NCBI GenBank assembly: GCA_025456175.1
Contig: JALOLC010000008.1
Coordinates: forward strand, 1 to 53,484
Origin: Acidobacteriota bacterium
GTDB lineage: Bacteria > Acidobacteriota > Aminicenantia > UBA2199
Direction: 5' to 3'
DNA: 53,484 nt
Shown here: positions 43,775-52,837 of the stretch, in pieces
How positions within the stretch are numbered: the first letter of the stretch is position 1
Layout: each line of letters begins with the position of its first letter
Notes under the pieces: generated by a model
The model's database searches: none
What the model saw: the letters and a program-made list of their open reading frames with translations, nothing else
What the model was told of the DNA's origin: nothing
Program-made: the position numbers and the translations under genes

Positions 43775-43871
43775 ATGTTGGCGGTAGTGGTCGTGTTAGC
43801 AACTGGCAATAAACCGAAATCTCGATAGAACTTAAAAAGGTTCTTCCTGACACTAACACCAACACCAACAC
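43775..43871. repeat. hexamer-periodic weak inverted repeat (GGTNGT / CACCAA)
   Basis: GTTGGC GGTAGT GGTCGT GTTAGC faces CACTAA CACCAA CACCAA CAC. About 4 of every 6 positions pair. Confidence 0.45.
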
Positions 43872-43877
43872 TTTTGC

Positions 43878-43883
43878 TACAAT
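43878..43883 (+). promoter_or_regulatory. -10 box, leaderless layout (C69 gene)
   Basis: TACAAT, then 6 nt to ATG 43890. No good -35 and no SD. Confidence 0.4.
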
Positions 43884-43889
43884 AGGCTC

Positions 43890-45548
43890 ATGAAAAAACC
43901 AATCTCCGCACTGGCGCTCATAGGATTGTCTGTTTTTATCCTGGCGGCGTGCCTCCCCGGCGCCGACGACGAGGGCTGCACCGTGATCGCGGTGGGCAAG
44001 AAGGCCTCCGCCGACGGCTCCGTGATCCTCTCCCACACCGACGCCGGCCCCGATTCGCGCATCTTCGTCGTGCCCGCGGCCAGGCACGAGCCGAACGCCA
44101 AGGCGCCGGTGCACTGGGGCATCCAGGACCCGTCCCGGCCGCTCCGCGATGACGGCGAGGTCCTGGGAACCATCCCGCAGGTTTCGGAAACCTACGCCTA
44201 CATCCACTCGGCCTACCCGCACATGAACGAGCATCAGCTGGCCATTGCCGAGAGCACCATCAACCAGCGCCCTGAGCTCGTGGCCACGCGCGAGAACGGC
44301 AAGCAGATCATGACCGTCGAGCAGGCCGAGATCTTCGCCCTGCAGCGCTGCAAAAAGGCGCGCGCCGCCGTCGAGCTCATCGGCGCGCTCATGGAGACCT
44401 ACGGTTTTCTCCCTTCCAGCGGCGACGGCGCCGAGGACCTGGTCATCGGCGACCCGGACGAGGCCTGGGTCATGGAGATCTTCGGCGTCGGCCCGGGCTG
44501 GACGCCGGATAGCGGCAAGCCGGGGGCCATCTGGGCCGCGCAGCGCCTCGGCGACGACCAGGCCCTGGTCATCCCCAACTGGAGCATCATCAAGGAGATC
44601 CGGGCCGAAGACAGGGAGAACTTCATGGTCTCGGCCAACTACATGCGCGAAGCCATCGAGCGCGGCTGGTACGACCCGGCCGCCGGCAGGCCCTTCATCT
44701 GGCAGGACGTCTACGCCCCGCTGCCGGTGGAGTTTGCCACCAGCCGCTTCTGGCTGTTCTACAGCACCTTCATGCCCAGCCGGGCCCAGTGGCCTCAAAG
44801 AAAGCTGGAGCAGAACCCGATGGCCACGATCAATCCCTATCACCAGATCGTCGAGCCCCTTTCGCTATACCCTTTTTCCGCCGTCCCGGAAAAAAAGATC
44901 TCCCTGGCCGACGTGATCGCCTTCCAGCGTTCGGTCTTTGCCGGCACGATCTACGATTTCACCGCCCAGCCGCAGTGGCTGGTCAGCGACGGCAAGGGCG
45001 GCAGCAAGGTCAGCCCCCTGGCCACGCCGTTCCCCGGCAGTGAATTGCGCGCGCTGCTCAAGCTGAGCAACCGCCGCCCGGTAGCCCGCCACCGCGGGCA
45101 CTACGGCATGGTCTGCCAGCTGCGTTCCTGGCTGCCCGCCGCCGTCGGCGGCGTGTACTGGGTCTACCAGGATAATCCCTACATCAGCCCCTACGTGCCG
45201 GTCTACGCCGGCTGCACCGACACGGGGCCGAGCTACCAGGAATTCGACCCGGAGAAATACAGCGACCGCTCGGCGCGCTGGACCATCGACATGGTCGACA
45301 ACCTCTGCAACCTGCGCTTCCAGGACGCGTCCCGCGAGGTCCAGGCCCTGCGCCGGCCGTTCGAGGACAGGATCTTTGCCGACCAGGAAAAGATCGAAAA
45401 AGAGGCCCTGCGCCTGCATGGCGCCGATCCGCGCCGGGCCAGGGCCTTCCTCACCCGCTACTGCCGCGGGCTGATGGAGCAGGTGCCGCCGCTCTACATC
45501 GCCATCCGCAACCGCCTGATCACCCTGTTCACCAACAACCGCGAGTAA
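43890..45548 (+). CDS. C69 family dipeptidase (lipoprotein)
   Basis: Signal/lipobox ...ILAAC followed by GCTVIAVG (N-terminal nucleophile Cys). Confidence 0.75.
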   Translation: MKKPISALALIGLSVFILAACLPGADDEGCTVIAVGKKASADGSVILSHTDAGPDSRIFVVPAARHEPNAKAPVHWGIQDPSRPLRDDGEVLGTIPQVSETYAYIHSAYPHMNEHQLAIAESTINQRPELVATRENGKQIMTVEQAEIFALQRCKKARAAVELIGALMETYGFLPSSGDGAEDLVIGDPDEAWVMEIFGVGPGWTPDSGKPGAIWAAQRLGDDQALVIPNWSIIKEIRAEDRENFMVSANYMREAIERGWYDPAAGRPFIWQDVYAPLPVEFATSRFWLFYSTFMPSRAQWPQRKLEQNPMATINPYHQIVEPLSLYPFSAVPEKKISLADVIAFQRSVFAGTIYDFTAQPQWLVSDGKGGSKVSPLATPFPGSELRALLKLSNRRPVARHRGHYGMVCQLRSWLPAAVGGVYWVYQDNPYISPYVPVYAGCTDTGPSYQEFDPEKYSDRSARWTIDMVDNLCNLRFQDASREVQALRRPFEDRIFADQEKIEKEALRLHGADPRRARAFLTRYCRGLMEQVPPLYIAIRNRLITLFTNNRE

Positions 45549-45612
45549 AAGAAATGGCATTGCTGGAACTTATCCGGTTCCGGCAACGTCCTATCTGCCT
45601 GAGGAGGTACCG

Positions 45613-47019
45613 ATGAAATCCGTGAAAAAAGCTGTTGCCTTCTTCGCCATTTTCATTTACTTGGCGCTGGCGGCCAGGGGCGACGATGCCTTTGCCTTTC
45701 CGCAAACCCCGCAGGGGCGGCGCGTTGCCGCGTACTTCGCCGCCTTCAACGCGGCCGATGAGGCTGTCATGGCCGCCTTCCTGAGAGACAATTTCAGCCT
45801 GGAGGCGCTGAAGCGGGCCACGCTGGAGCAGCGAATGGCCCGCTACCGCAGCCTTAAGAAAGAAGCGAAACGGCTGACTCCCGAAAAACTGCTCCCTGGC
45901 GCGGCAGACGCGCTCGGTTTCCTGGTGCGTGACGGGCAGGGGGAATTGCTGGAGTTCACCTTCCAGTTCGTGAAGGACGCCGAGGGGCGCATCGCCTCGA
46001 TCCTGGGCGCCCCGATCGACCCTGAGAACGCGGCAGAGCTGGCGGGCCCGTCCCTGGGCCGCGACGAGGTCCTGGCGCGGATCCGGGCCGAGCTGGACAA
46101 GAGGTCGCGCGCCGACCTTTTCTCCGGGGTGGTGCTGGTGGCCCAGGGCGAGCAGGTGGTGCTGCATGAAGCCCGTGGCATGGCCAGTCTGGAATACGGG
46201 GCCGCCAACCGTCCCGACACGCGCTTCAACCTGGGGTCAATCAACAAGTTATTCACCCGGGTGGCCATCGGCCAGCTGGCTGAAAAGGGGCGTCTCTCCC
46301 TGGAGGACACGATCGGAAAATTTCTGCCCGCTTATCCCAACCGCGACGCGGCGGCCAGGGTCACGGTGCGGCAACTGCTGGACATGACCTCGGGAATCGG
46401 TGATTTTTTCGGAAAGAAATACGAGGATACCCCAAAAAACCGCATCCGCATCCTGGAAGACTACCTGCAGCTTTTCGCCTCGGACGCGCTGCTTTTTCCC
46501 CCGGGCAGCCAGCGGCGCTATTCCAACGGCGGCTACGTCGTCCTGGGGCTGATCGTGGAAAAGGCGTCGGGACAAAGTTATTACGATTATGTCCGGGAGC
46601 ATATCTGCATCCCGGCCGGCATGACCGCGACCGGGCATTTCGACGCCGATGTGCCCTTGGAAAATGTGGCCAGCGGCTATACCCGGAATTGGGACGACGC
46701 TGAACATGAAAAGGAGCCCCGGCGCAACAATATGTACACTCGGCCGGCGCGGGGAAGTTCGGCCGGCGGCGGCTACTCGACCGCGCTGGACCTGTTTCGC
46801 TTTTCCCGGGCACTGCGGGCGGGAAAATTGCTGGGGTCTCTCGGCCAGGAGTGGTTTGCCGGCCCGCAGGCCTATGCCGGCGGCGCGCCGGGCATCAACG
46901 CCGAACTGGACATGGATCCGGTCCCCGGCTGGACCGTGGCGGTCGTGGGCAACTACGACCCGCCCGCCGCCATGGCGCTGGCGCAAAAAATCGCGGTTCT
47001 GCTCAGACGCATGCGTTGA
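45613..47019 (+). CDS. serine hydrolase, beta-lactamase/S12 family, with N-terminal extra domain
   Basis: SINK (SxxK) and YSN motifs, plus a signal peptide. GAGGAGG RBS. Confidence 0.75.
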   Translation: MKSVKKAVAFFAIFIYLALAARGDDAFAFPQTPQGRRVAAYFAAFNAADEAVMAAFLRDNFSLEALKRATLEQRMARYRSLKKEAKRLTPEKLLPGAADALGFLVRDGQGELLEFTFQFVKDAEGRIASILGAPIDPENAAELAGPSLGRDEVLARIRAELDKRSRADLFSGVVLVAQGEQVVLHEARGMASLEYGAANRPDTRFNLGSINKLFTRVAIGQLAEKGRLSLEDTIGKFLPAYPNRDAAARVTVRQLLDMTSGIGDFFGKKYEDTPKNRIRILEDYLQLFASDALLFPPGSQRRYSNGGYVVLGLIVEKASGQSYYDYVREHICIPAGMTATGHFDADVPLENVASGYTRNWDDAEHEKEPRRNNMYTRPARGSSAGGGYSTALDLFRFSRALRAGKLLGSLGQEWFAGPQAYAGGAPGINAELDMDPVPGWTVAVVGNYDPPAAMALAQKIAVLLRRMR

Positions 47020-47050
47020 GAAGAACCTCCGCTGGCGGGTGTGGCGCCCG

Positions 47051-47536
47051 TCAGTATTGGTCGAGGTGATTGAACTCGGCGTTTTCCATCCAGGTCTGCG
47101 GCCGGGAGACCAGCTCCAGGACGTGCTCCAGGAGGAATTCGTGGCGCTTCTCCTCCTCGGCGATGAGGAAGAACATCTTCTGCACCCTGGGATCGGTGCT
47201 TTCGCGGGCTTTTTCCATGTAGAAACGGAAACTCTGGCTCTCGATCTCCTTTGCCTTGCGATAGAGGTCGATTTGGGTGGTTGGCAGGTCGTCCCAGTTC
47301 TTTTCTTCCCTGAGCTTGTGGAAAATACTCTTGGCCATGCTGAGGATGGGGGTGGACTCCAGCTCCACCTTGGACGACTCTTTCAGTTTCTGCAGGACCA
47401 GGAAATGCTTGGCCTCGTCCGCCGCCAGCTGGCCAAGGACTTCCCTCATGCCGGCGTTCGTTGTTTTCGCGGCCAGCTGCCGGTAATACGCCTCGCCGTC
47501 TTTTTCAATCTGCATGGCCAGGTCGAATGCGTTCAT
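47051..47536 (-). CDS. ferritin-like (rubrerythrin-type) diiron domain protein
   Basis: Two ExxH motifs (DEAKH, EEKRH). AGGAGG lies before ATG 47536. The longer track ORF 47051..47845 runs through the promoter. Confidence 0.65.
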   Translation of the reverse strand: MNAFDLAMQIEKDGEAYYRQLAAKTTNAGMREVLGQLAADEAKHFLVLQKLKESSKVELESTPILSMAKSIFHKLREEKNWDDLPTTQIDLYRKAKEIESQSFRFYMEKARESTDPRVQKMFFLIAEEEKRHEFLLEHVLELVSRPQTWMENAEFNHLDQY

Positions 47537-47557
47537 GGCCCCTCCTGCTCGGAGACC

Positions 47558-47586
47558 ATTGTATGAGATTGCCGCGGGGCTGTCAA
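47558..47586 (-). promoter_or_regulatory. sigma70-type promoter of ferritin-like gene
   Basis: Minus strand reads TTGACA (47586-47581), a 17-nt spacer, then TACAAT (47563-47558). Confidence 0.6.
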
Positions 47587-47613
47587 TCGGCCGCCTTCCG
47601 CTTGGACGCTGCT

Positions 47614-48899
47614 TCAGCGCGTCGACCAGCTGCGGGTAGTGAGGGTGAAGCCGGCCACCGTGAAGATGCCGACCATCAGCGGACTGCAGAACAGCGTGAA
47701 GGCCAGGGCGTAGGGGAACTCCCGGCCGCCCTCGATGCGGATGAAGTAGAGCATGTAGAGGAAGCCGAAAAGCACGGTGGAGGCCAGGGCGCGCATGAGG
47801 AATTCGCCGTTGGCCAGGCCGCTGGCCAGAATGGCGTAGAACCACACCAGATGCAGCAGGACCAGCACCGACGTGCTGATGAACTCCAGCACCGGCCAGA
47901 TGCGGTTGCCCTGGCGGTTGCGATGGAACATCAGGGTCGTGAACACGATGCTTTCGCGGATGTTGCTCCGTGCCCAGCGGGTGAGCATCTTCAGGATTTT
48001 ACCGCCGGTCTCCGGGACCCGGGTGCGGGCGACCGCCGTGCGCTGGAATGCGGTGCCCTGGCCGAGGCGCAGGAAAAAGTTGGCCAGGCTGCGGTCCTCG
48101 CCGTACGAGCAGGGGCGGCCGAGGAATGTCTGGTCGCGCCAGGCGTCCATCACGCGGCGGAGCACGCTGGTGCGATAGGCGGAGAAGGCCCCCGAGGTGC
48201 AGAAGACGCTGGAGAAGGTCGACTCGATGGCCCGGGTGAAATCGAAGGCCATGGCGAAGTTGACGTCGAGCATGCGGGTGAGGAGGTTGGCTTCGCGGTT
48301 GAGGATGCGGATGCGGCCGGTGACGGCTCCCAGGCGCGGGCAGAGCAGCAAAGGGGCGACCAGCTCGCGGATGGCGTCGGGCGCCACCTCGGTGTCCGAA
48401 TCCACGGTGACCACGATCGGGGTATCGCAGCGCAGGAAGGCCTCATGGAGCGCCCGGCGCTTGCCCCGGTTCTCGGGGAAGCGGATGACTTCCATTCTTC
48501 CCGGAAAACACCCCTGGGCGCGAAGCAGCTGCCGGTGGGTGTCGTCCCGCGAGCCGTCATCCACGGCGATGATCCGCAGCCGCGTGGCCGGGTAGTCGCT
48601 GGCAACGATCGAGGCCACGGTGGAGAAGACCGCGGCGCCCTCATTGTAGGCGGGGAGAACGACGGTCAGGGGCGGCCATTCGCTCACCTGGTGCGAGTCC
48701 TGCGGCCGGTAGCGGAACCAGAACCAGGTGCGCCAGACCAGCGATCCCAGGAAGATGCCCGTGGTGGTGAGCAGGAGTAGGCGCAGGAAGCCGACCAGGC
48801 CAGCAGCGCCGCTCCGGCCAGGATGATCCCCAGGCGGAAGAGCGGTTCCCAGCGGTCCCAGGAATTGCGTGTGGAGCGGTCACCGGAAGGGAGGCTCAT
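47614..48899 (-). CDS. processive family-2 glycosyltransferase (HasA/NodC/chitin-synthase-like), frame broken by -1 near 48795-48815
   Basis: DDGSRD, DSD, YGEDRSL and LTRWARS (QxxRW-type) motifs. An N-terminal TM segment is split between ATG 48899 (MSLPSGDRSTRNSWDRWEPLFRLGIILAGAALLA) and the main frame (LVGFLRLLLLTTTGIFLGSLVWRTWFWFRYRP). Length 1286 nt is 429 codons minus 1 nt. Confidence 0.7.
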
Positions 48900-50461
48900 G
48901 GCAGGTTGACGTAGCCCAGGGCCTTCAGCTTTTCGAGGTGGCGGCGGGCGGGAGCCCCCGTTCGCAGGCCGCGGCGGGCGAACGCGGCCCGCCACAGGGT
49001 GAGGGATTCCTCGAACTGCCGTCGCAGCATCGGTTCCTGGCGGAAAAGGACGCCGGGCGGGATGGCGGAGAGCTTGCGGGAACTGTCCAGCCGCAGGTCG
49101 TAGTACTCGCGGGTCTCCTCGCCCGTTTTCGGGTTGCGGTTGAGAATGAACTGGAAAGGCCAGCGGATCACGGAGCAGCGGTCCAGGACCGCTGCCGGGG
49201 CGAAGGTGAAGGAGACGAGCGGGCTCTCCCCGGTCCGCTGGCGGCGCAGGTCCCTCAAGGAGACGCCGGCGGGTGGAAGCGGAGAGGCCTCAATGGCCAG
49301 CGCCTCGAGCAGCCAGGGGGCGATCGCGGTTAGGCCCACGGGCTGGGCGAAGCGGCGGGGAGCCTCAGCGGGCAAGCGCACGATCAGGGGCACATGGATG
49401 AATTGGCGGTTCAGGTAGCGCGCGTGGCCCCAGTAGCCCTCGCGCTCGCCCAGTCCCTCGCCGTGGTCGGCGAAGATGACCACGGCGGTGCGGCCGGCCG
49501 CGGGGGAGCGCTCCAGGGCGCGCAAGAGCCGGCCCAGCTGGCGGTCAAGATACTCGATCTCGCGCCGGTACTGCTCCAGGGCCGCGCGCGCCGTGAGTAT
49601 CGGGATCACCTGGAAAAGTTGGATCTCCCCGGGGACGCGGCAGCGGATGAACGCGCTGCCTTCGGAGCCGCGCAGCAGGTGCGAGCCGCCGTAGTGCTCC
49701 GCGGAGTATTCCAAATTCTGCAGCTCCTGCAGCGTCCCGTTTTGCGCCTGCAGGCGGCGGATGATCGACCGCAGGCGCAGCCGGTGCGTTCCCGGGGCCA
49801 ACGCCAGGCGCAGGCGCACGAAAGCGCCGGTATAGGCATTGAAGGCGGCGACGGGCTGTTGGTCGAGCTCGATGGTGAAACGGCCCTCGGCTCCCGGCGC
49901 GGCGTACGGCGTGTGGGGATCGGAATAGTGGACAAAAAGGAGGGACTTCTTGTTCTTGAAATGCTCCAGCCGCGTGACGGCCATGTCGGTCACCTGCGCT
50001 GCGGGGATAAAGAAGTGCTCGCCACCCTCGGGCGGCTCGGAGAAGTGACGAAAGCCGCGGGCGAAGCCCGTGGCGGCCGAGAGCGTGCCCAGGGAGACGA
50101 TCCCGGCGGTGTCCCAGCCGCGGCGCTGCAGCACCTGCTGCAGCAACGGCTGGCGGCCGTCGTAGACCGACTCGTTGCCGAACACCCCGAGCTGGTGGGG
50201 CAGCTGCCCGCTGAAAGCGGCCAGGTGGGCAGGCAGGGTCTGGGGAATGGGTGAATAGGCGTTGGCGAAAACCCAGGAGCCGGCGGCGAAGCGGCGCAGC
50301 TCGGGGGTCCAGGCGCGGCCGCCTTGGCCCAGGTCCAGGAAATCGGCGCGCGTCGTGTCCAGTGATATCAGCAGCACGTTCTCGATCCGCGGCGTGGCCG
50401 AGCAGGCGGGGAGCAGGATAAGCAGGTAGAGGAGGGGCAATGAACGCAACCAGTTTGTCAT
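48896..50461 (-). CDS. sulfatase-family (alkaline phosphatase superfamily) hydrolase/transferase, lipoprotein
   Basis: Lipobox LLPAC, then LISLDTTRAD, HYSDPHTPY and FADHGEGLGE motifs. Confidence 0.7.
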   Translation of the reverse strand: MTNWLRSLPLLYLLILLPACSATPRIENVLLISLDTTRADFLDLGQGGRAWTPELRRFAAGSWVFANAYSPIPQTLPAHLAAFSGQLPHQLGVFGNESVYDGRQPLLQQVLQRRGWDTAGIVSLGTLSAATGFARGFRHFSEPPEGGEHFFIPAAQVTDMAVTRLEHFKNKKSLLFVHYSDPHTPYAAPGAEGRFTIELDQQPVAAFNAYTGAFVRLRLALAPGTHRLRLRSIIRRLQAQNGTLQELQNLEYSAEHYGGSHLLRGSEGSAFIRCRVPGEIQLFQVIPILTARAALEQYRREIEYLDRQLGRLLRALERSPAAGRTAVVIFADHGEGLGEREGYWGHARYLNRQFIHVPLIVRLPAEAPRRFAQPVGLTAIAPWLLEALAIEASPLPPAGVSLRDLRRQRTGESPLVSFTFAPAAVLDRCSVIRWPFQFILNRNPKTGEETREYYDLRLDSSRKLSAIPPGVLFRQEPMLRRQFEESLTLWRAAFARRGLRTGAPARRHLEKLKALGYVNLP

Positions 50462-50470
50462 GAGACAGCG

Positions 50471-50476
50471 ATTATA
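50471..50476 (-). promoter_or_regulatory. -10 box, near-leaderless layout (sulfatase-family gene)
   Basis: Minus strand reads TATAAT, then 9 nt to ATG 50461. No SD. Confidence 0.4.
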
Positions 50477-50591
50477 GCGCAGAATGCCTCCGTGAAAAAA
50501 CACAGCCTTGAGAAACACTCCCGACCCATGCTCGGGTTCTGCCCGCTCTGTGCGATCAGAACCGGGATCGGTTATTTTATCGCCGTTCCGC

Positions 50592-52712
50592 TCACTTCTC
50601 CTCGGACAGCAAACCGCGGCTGCGCAGCAGCGGCTCGATTTTCGGTTCGGCGCCGCGGAAGCGCTTGTACAGCGTCGGCGCGTCCTCGGTGCCCAGCTTG
50701 GCCAGGATGTTCTCGCGGAAGGAGGTCGCCGTGGACCGGTCGAAAATCCCCTTTTCCTTGAAGGCCTCGTAGGCATCCTTGTCGAGCACCCCGGACCAGA
50801 TGTAGCTGTAATAGCCGGCCGCGTAGCCCGAGATCATGTGGTTGAAGTAGGGGGTGCGGTAGCGCGGCTCGATGGCCGGGATCAAGCCCAGGGCGTTCAA
50901 GGCCCCGGCTTCGAAGCTGCGCACGTCGACGATCTCGCCTCCTCTCACCGTGTGCCAGGCCATGTCCAGGAGCGAGGCGGCCAGGTACTCGACCGTCTCG
51001 AACCCCTGGTTGAACAGGCTGCTGGCTTTCAGCTTTTCCACCAGCGCCGGCGGGATCACTTCGCCGGTCTGGTGGTGACGGGCATAAAGCGTGAGCAGTT
51101 CGGGCTCCAGGGCCCAGTTCTCCATGATCTGTGAGGGCAGCTCCACGGCGTCGCGGGGCACGCTGCGGCCGCGGTAGACGCCGTCGGCGAACAGGGTGCT
51201 CAGCGCGTGGCCGAATTCATGGAAAAACGTGCTGACCTCGTCGATGCTCAGCAGCGAGGGGGCGCCGGCGGCGGGGCGGGTGAAATTGCACACGATGGTG
51301 GAGATCGGCGCCACGCGCTTGCCCTTCTCGTAATACTCGCGCCGCAGGCCACCCGACCAGGCGCCGCCGCGCTTGCCTGGGCGCGGGTGGAAGTCCATGT
51401 AGAGCAGGCCGACGTGGCGGCCATCGGACTCCTTCACTTCGTAAACCTTGACCTCCGGGTGATAGACCGGCAGCTTGTCCAGCTTGGCGAATTGCAGGCC
51501 GTAAAGCTTCTCGCACAGGGTGAAGATCCCCTGCATCACGTTCTCCAGAGCGAAATAGGGGCGCAGGGCCGAGTCGTCGAAGGCGTATTTCTCCTGGCGC
51601 AGCTTCTCGGCGTAATGCCACCAGTCCCACGAGGCCAGCTGGAAACCGCCCTTTTCGCGGTCGATGATGGCCTGCATCTCGGCCGCTTCCTGGGAGGCGC
51701 GCTGCAGCGCCGGCGACCACAGCTTCTGCAGGAAGGTCATGACCGTGGCCGGGTCCTTGGCCATGCGCTCCTCCAGGACGAAGTGGGCGTAGGTCGGGTA
51801 GCCGAGCAGCTTGGCGCGCTCGGCGCGCAGGGCGATGATCTTCTTGACGATCTCCTTGTTGTCGTTCTCGTTGCCGCGGTCGCCGCGCATGAAATAGGCG
51901 CGGTGCAGCTGCTCGCGCAGGTCGCGGCGCGCCGAGTACTGCAGGAAGGGGGTCAGCGACGGCACCTGGGCGGTATAGACCCACTTGCCGTCCAGCTTGA
52001 GCTGCCTGGCCGCGTCGGCGCCCATGGCGCGCACGCTCTCGGGCAGGCCGGCCAGCCCCTCGGGCGAGTCGATGACGATGCGCGAGGAATTGGTCTCGGC
52101 CAGCAGGTTCTCGCCGAACTTCAGCCCCAGCAGGGACAGCTCGGCGTTGAGCTGGCGCAGGCGGGCTTTGCCGGCGGCGTCCAGCAGGGCGCCGCTGCGG
52201 ATGAAGCCCTTGTAGGTGTTCTCCAGGAGAAAGCTCTCCTCCGGGGTGAGCGCGAGCTTCGCGCGGCCGTCGTAGACCGCCTTGACGCGGGCGAACAGCT
52301 TCTCGTTCAGGCTGATGTTGTCCTGATGCGCCGACAACAGGGGCGACACATCGCGGGCGATGGCCTGCAGGTCGGGGCTGGTCTCGGCGCCCAGCAGCGC
52401 GTAGAAGACGGCGCCGACGTCGCTGAGGAAGATGCCGCCGTGGTCCATGGCGGCGATGGTGTTGGCGAAGGTCGGCACTTTCCTGCTCTGGGCGATGGCG
52501 TCGATCTCGGCCTGGTGCTTCTTCATCCCTTCCTTGAAGGCGGGCAGGTAGTGCTCCTTGGTTATGCGGTCGAACGGCGGCACCTGGAACGGCGTGGTGT
52601 ACGCCTTAAAAAAAGGATTGTCCTTCTGCTGGGCCTGGGCAGCGGCCGGCTCCATTGCCAGCAGCGCGAATACCGCCAGGATGCCGATGATGGCCAGAGG
52701 TCTTTTTTTCAT
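50592..52712 (-). CDS. dcp: M3 family metallopeptidase (peptidyl-dipeptidase Dcp-like), secreted
   Basis: HEFGHAL zinc motif, signal peptide, 706 aa. Confidence 0.85.
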   Translation of the reverse strand: MKKRPLAIIGILAVFALLAMEPAAAQAQQKDNPFFKAYTTPFQVPPFDRITKEHYLPAFKEGMKKHQAEIDAIAQSRKVPTFANTIAAMDHGGIFLSDVGAVFYALLGAETSPDLQAIARDVSPLLSAHQDNISLNEKLFARVKAVYDGRAKLALTPEESFLLENTYKGFIRSGALLDAAGKARLRQLNAELSLLGLKFGENLLAETNSSRIVIDSPEGLAGLPESVRAMGADAARQLKLDGKWVYTAQVPSLTPFLQYSARRDLREQLHRAYFMRGDRGNENDNKEIVKKIIALRAERAKLLGYPTYAHFVLEERMAKDPATVMTFLQKLWSPALQRASQEAAEMQAIIDREKGGFQLASWDWWHYAEKLRQEKYAFDDSALRPYFALENVMQGIFTLCEKLYGLQFAKLDKLPVYHPEVKVYEVKESDGRHVGLLYMDFHPRPGKRGGAWSGGLRREYYEKGKRVAPISTIVCNFTRPAAGAPSLLSIDEVSTFFHEFGHALSTLFADGVYRGRSVPRDAVELPSQIMENWALEPELLTLYARHHQTGEVIPPALVEKLKASSLFNQGFETVEYLAASLLDMAWHTVRGGEIVDVRSFEAGALNALGLIPAIEPRYRTPYFNHMISGYAAGYYSYIWSGVLDKDAYEAFKEKGIFDRSTATSFRENILAKLGTEDAPTLYKRFRGAEPKIEPLLRSRGLLSEEK

Positions 52713-52748
52713 GGGGATGTCCCTCCTGAGAGAATAGAGTGAAGTAAA

Positions 52749-52777
52749 TTTATAGCTGTTGTCCGGGCGAATGTCAA
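52749..52777 (-). promoter_or_regulatory. sigma70-type promoter of dcp
   Basis: Minus strand reads TTGACA (52777-52772), a 17-nt spacer, then TATAAA (52754-52749). GGAGGG RBS. Confidence 0.6.
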
Positions 52778-52837
52778 ATAATTCCCCCTTGGATCCATGT
52801 TTCTGCTACTATGGAGCATGGGCAACGGAGAACGATC

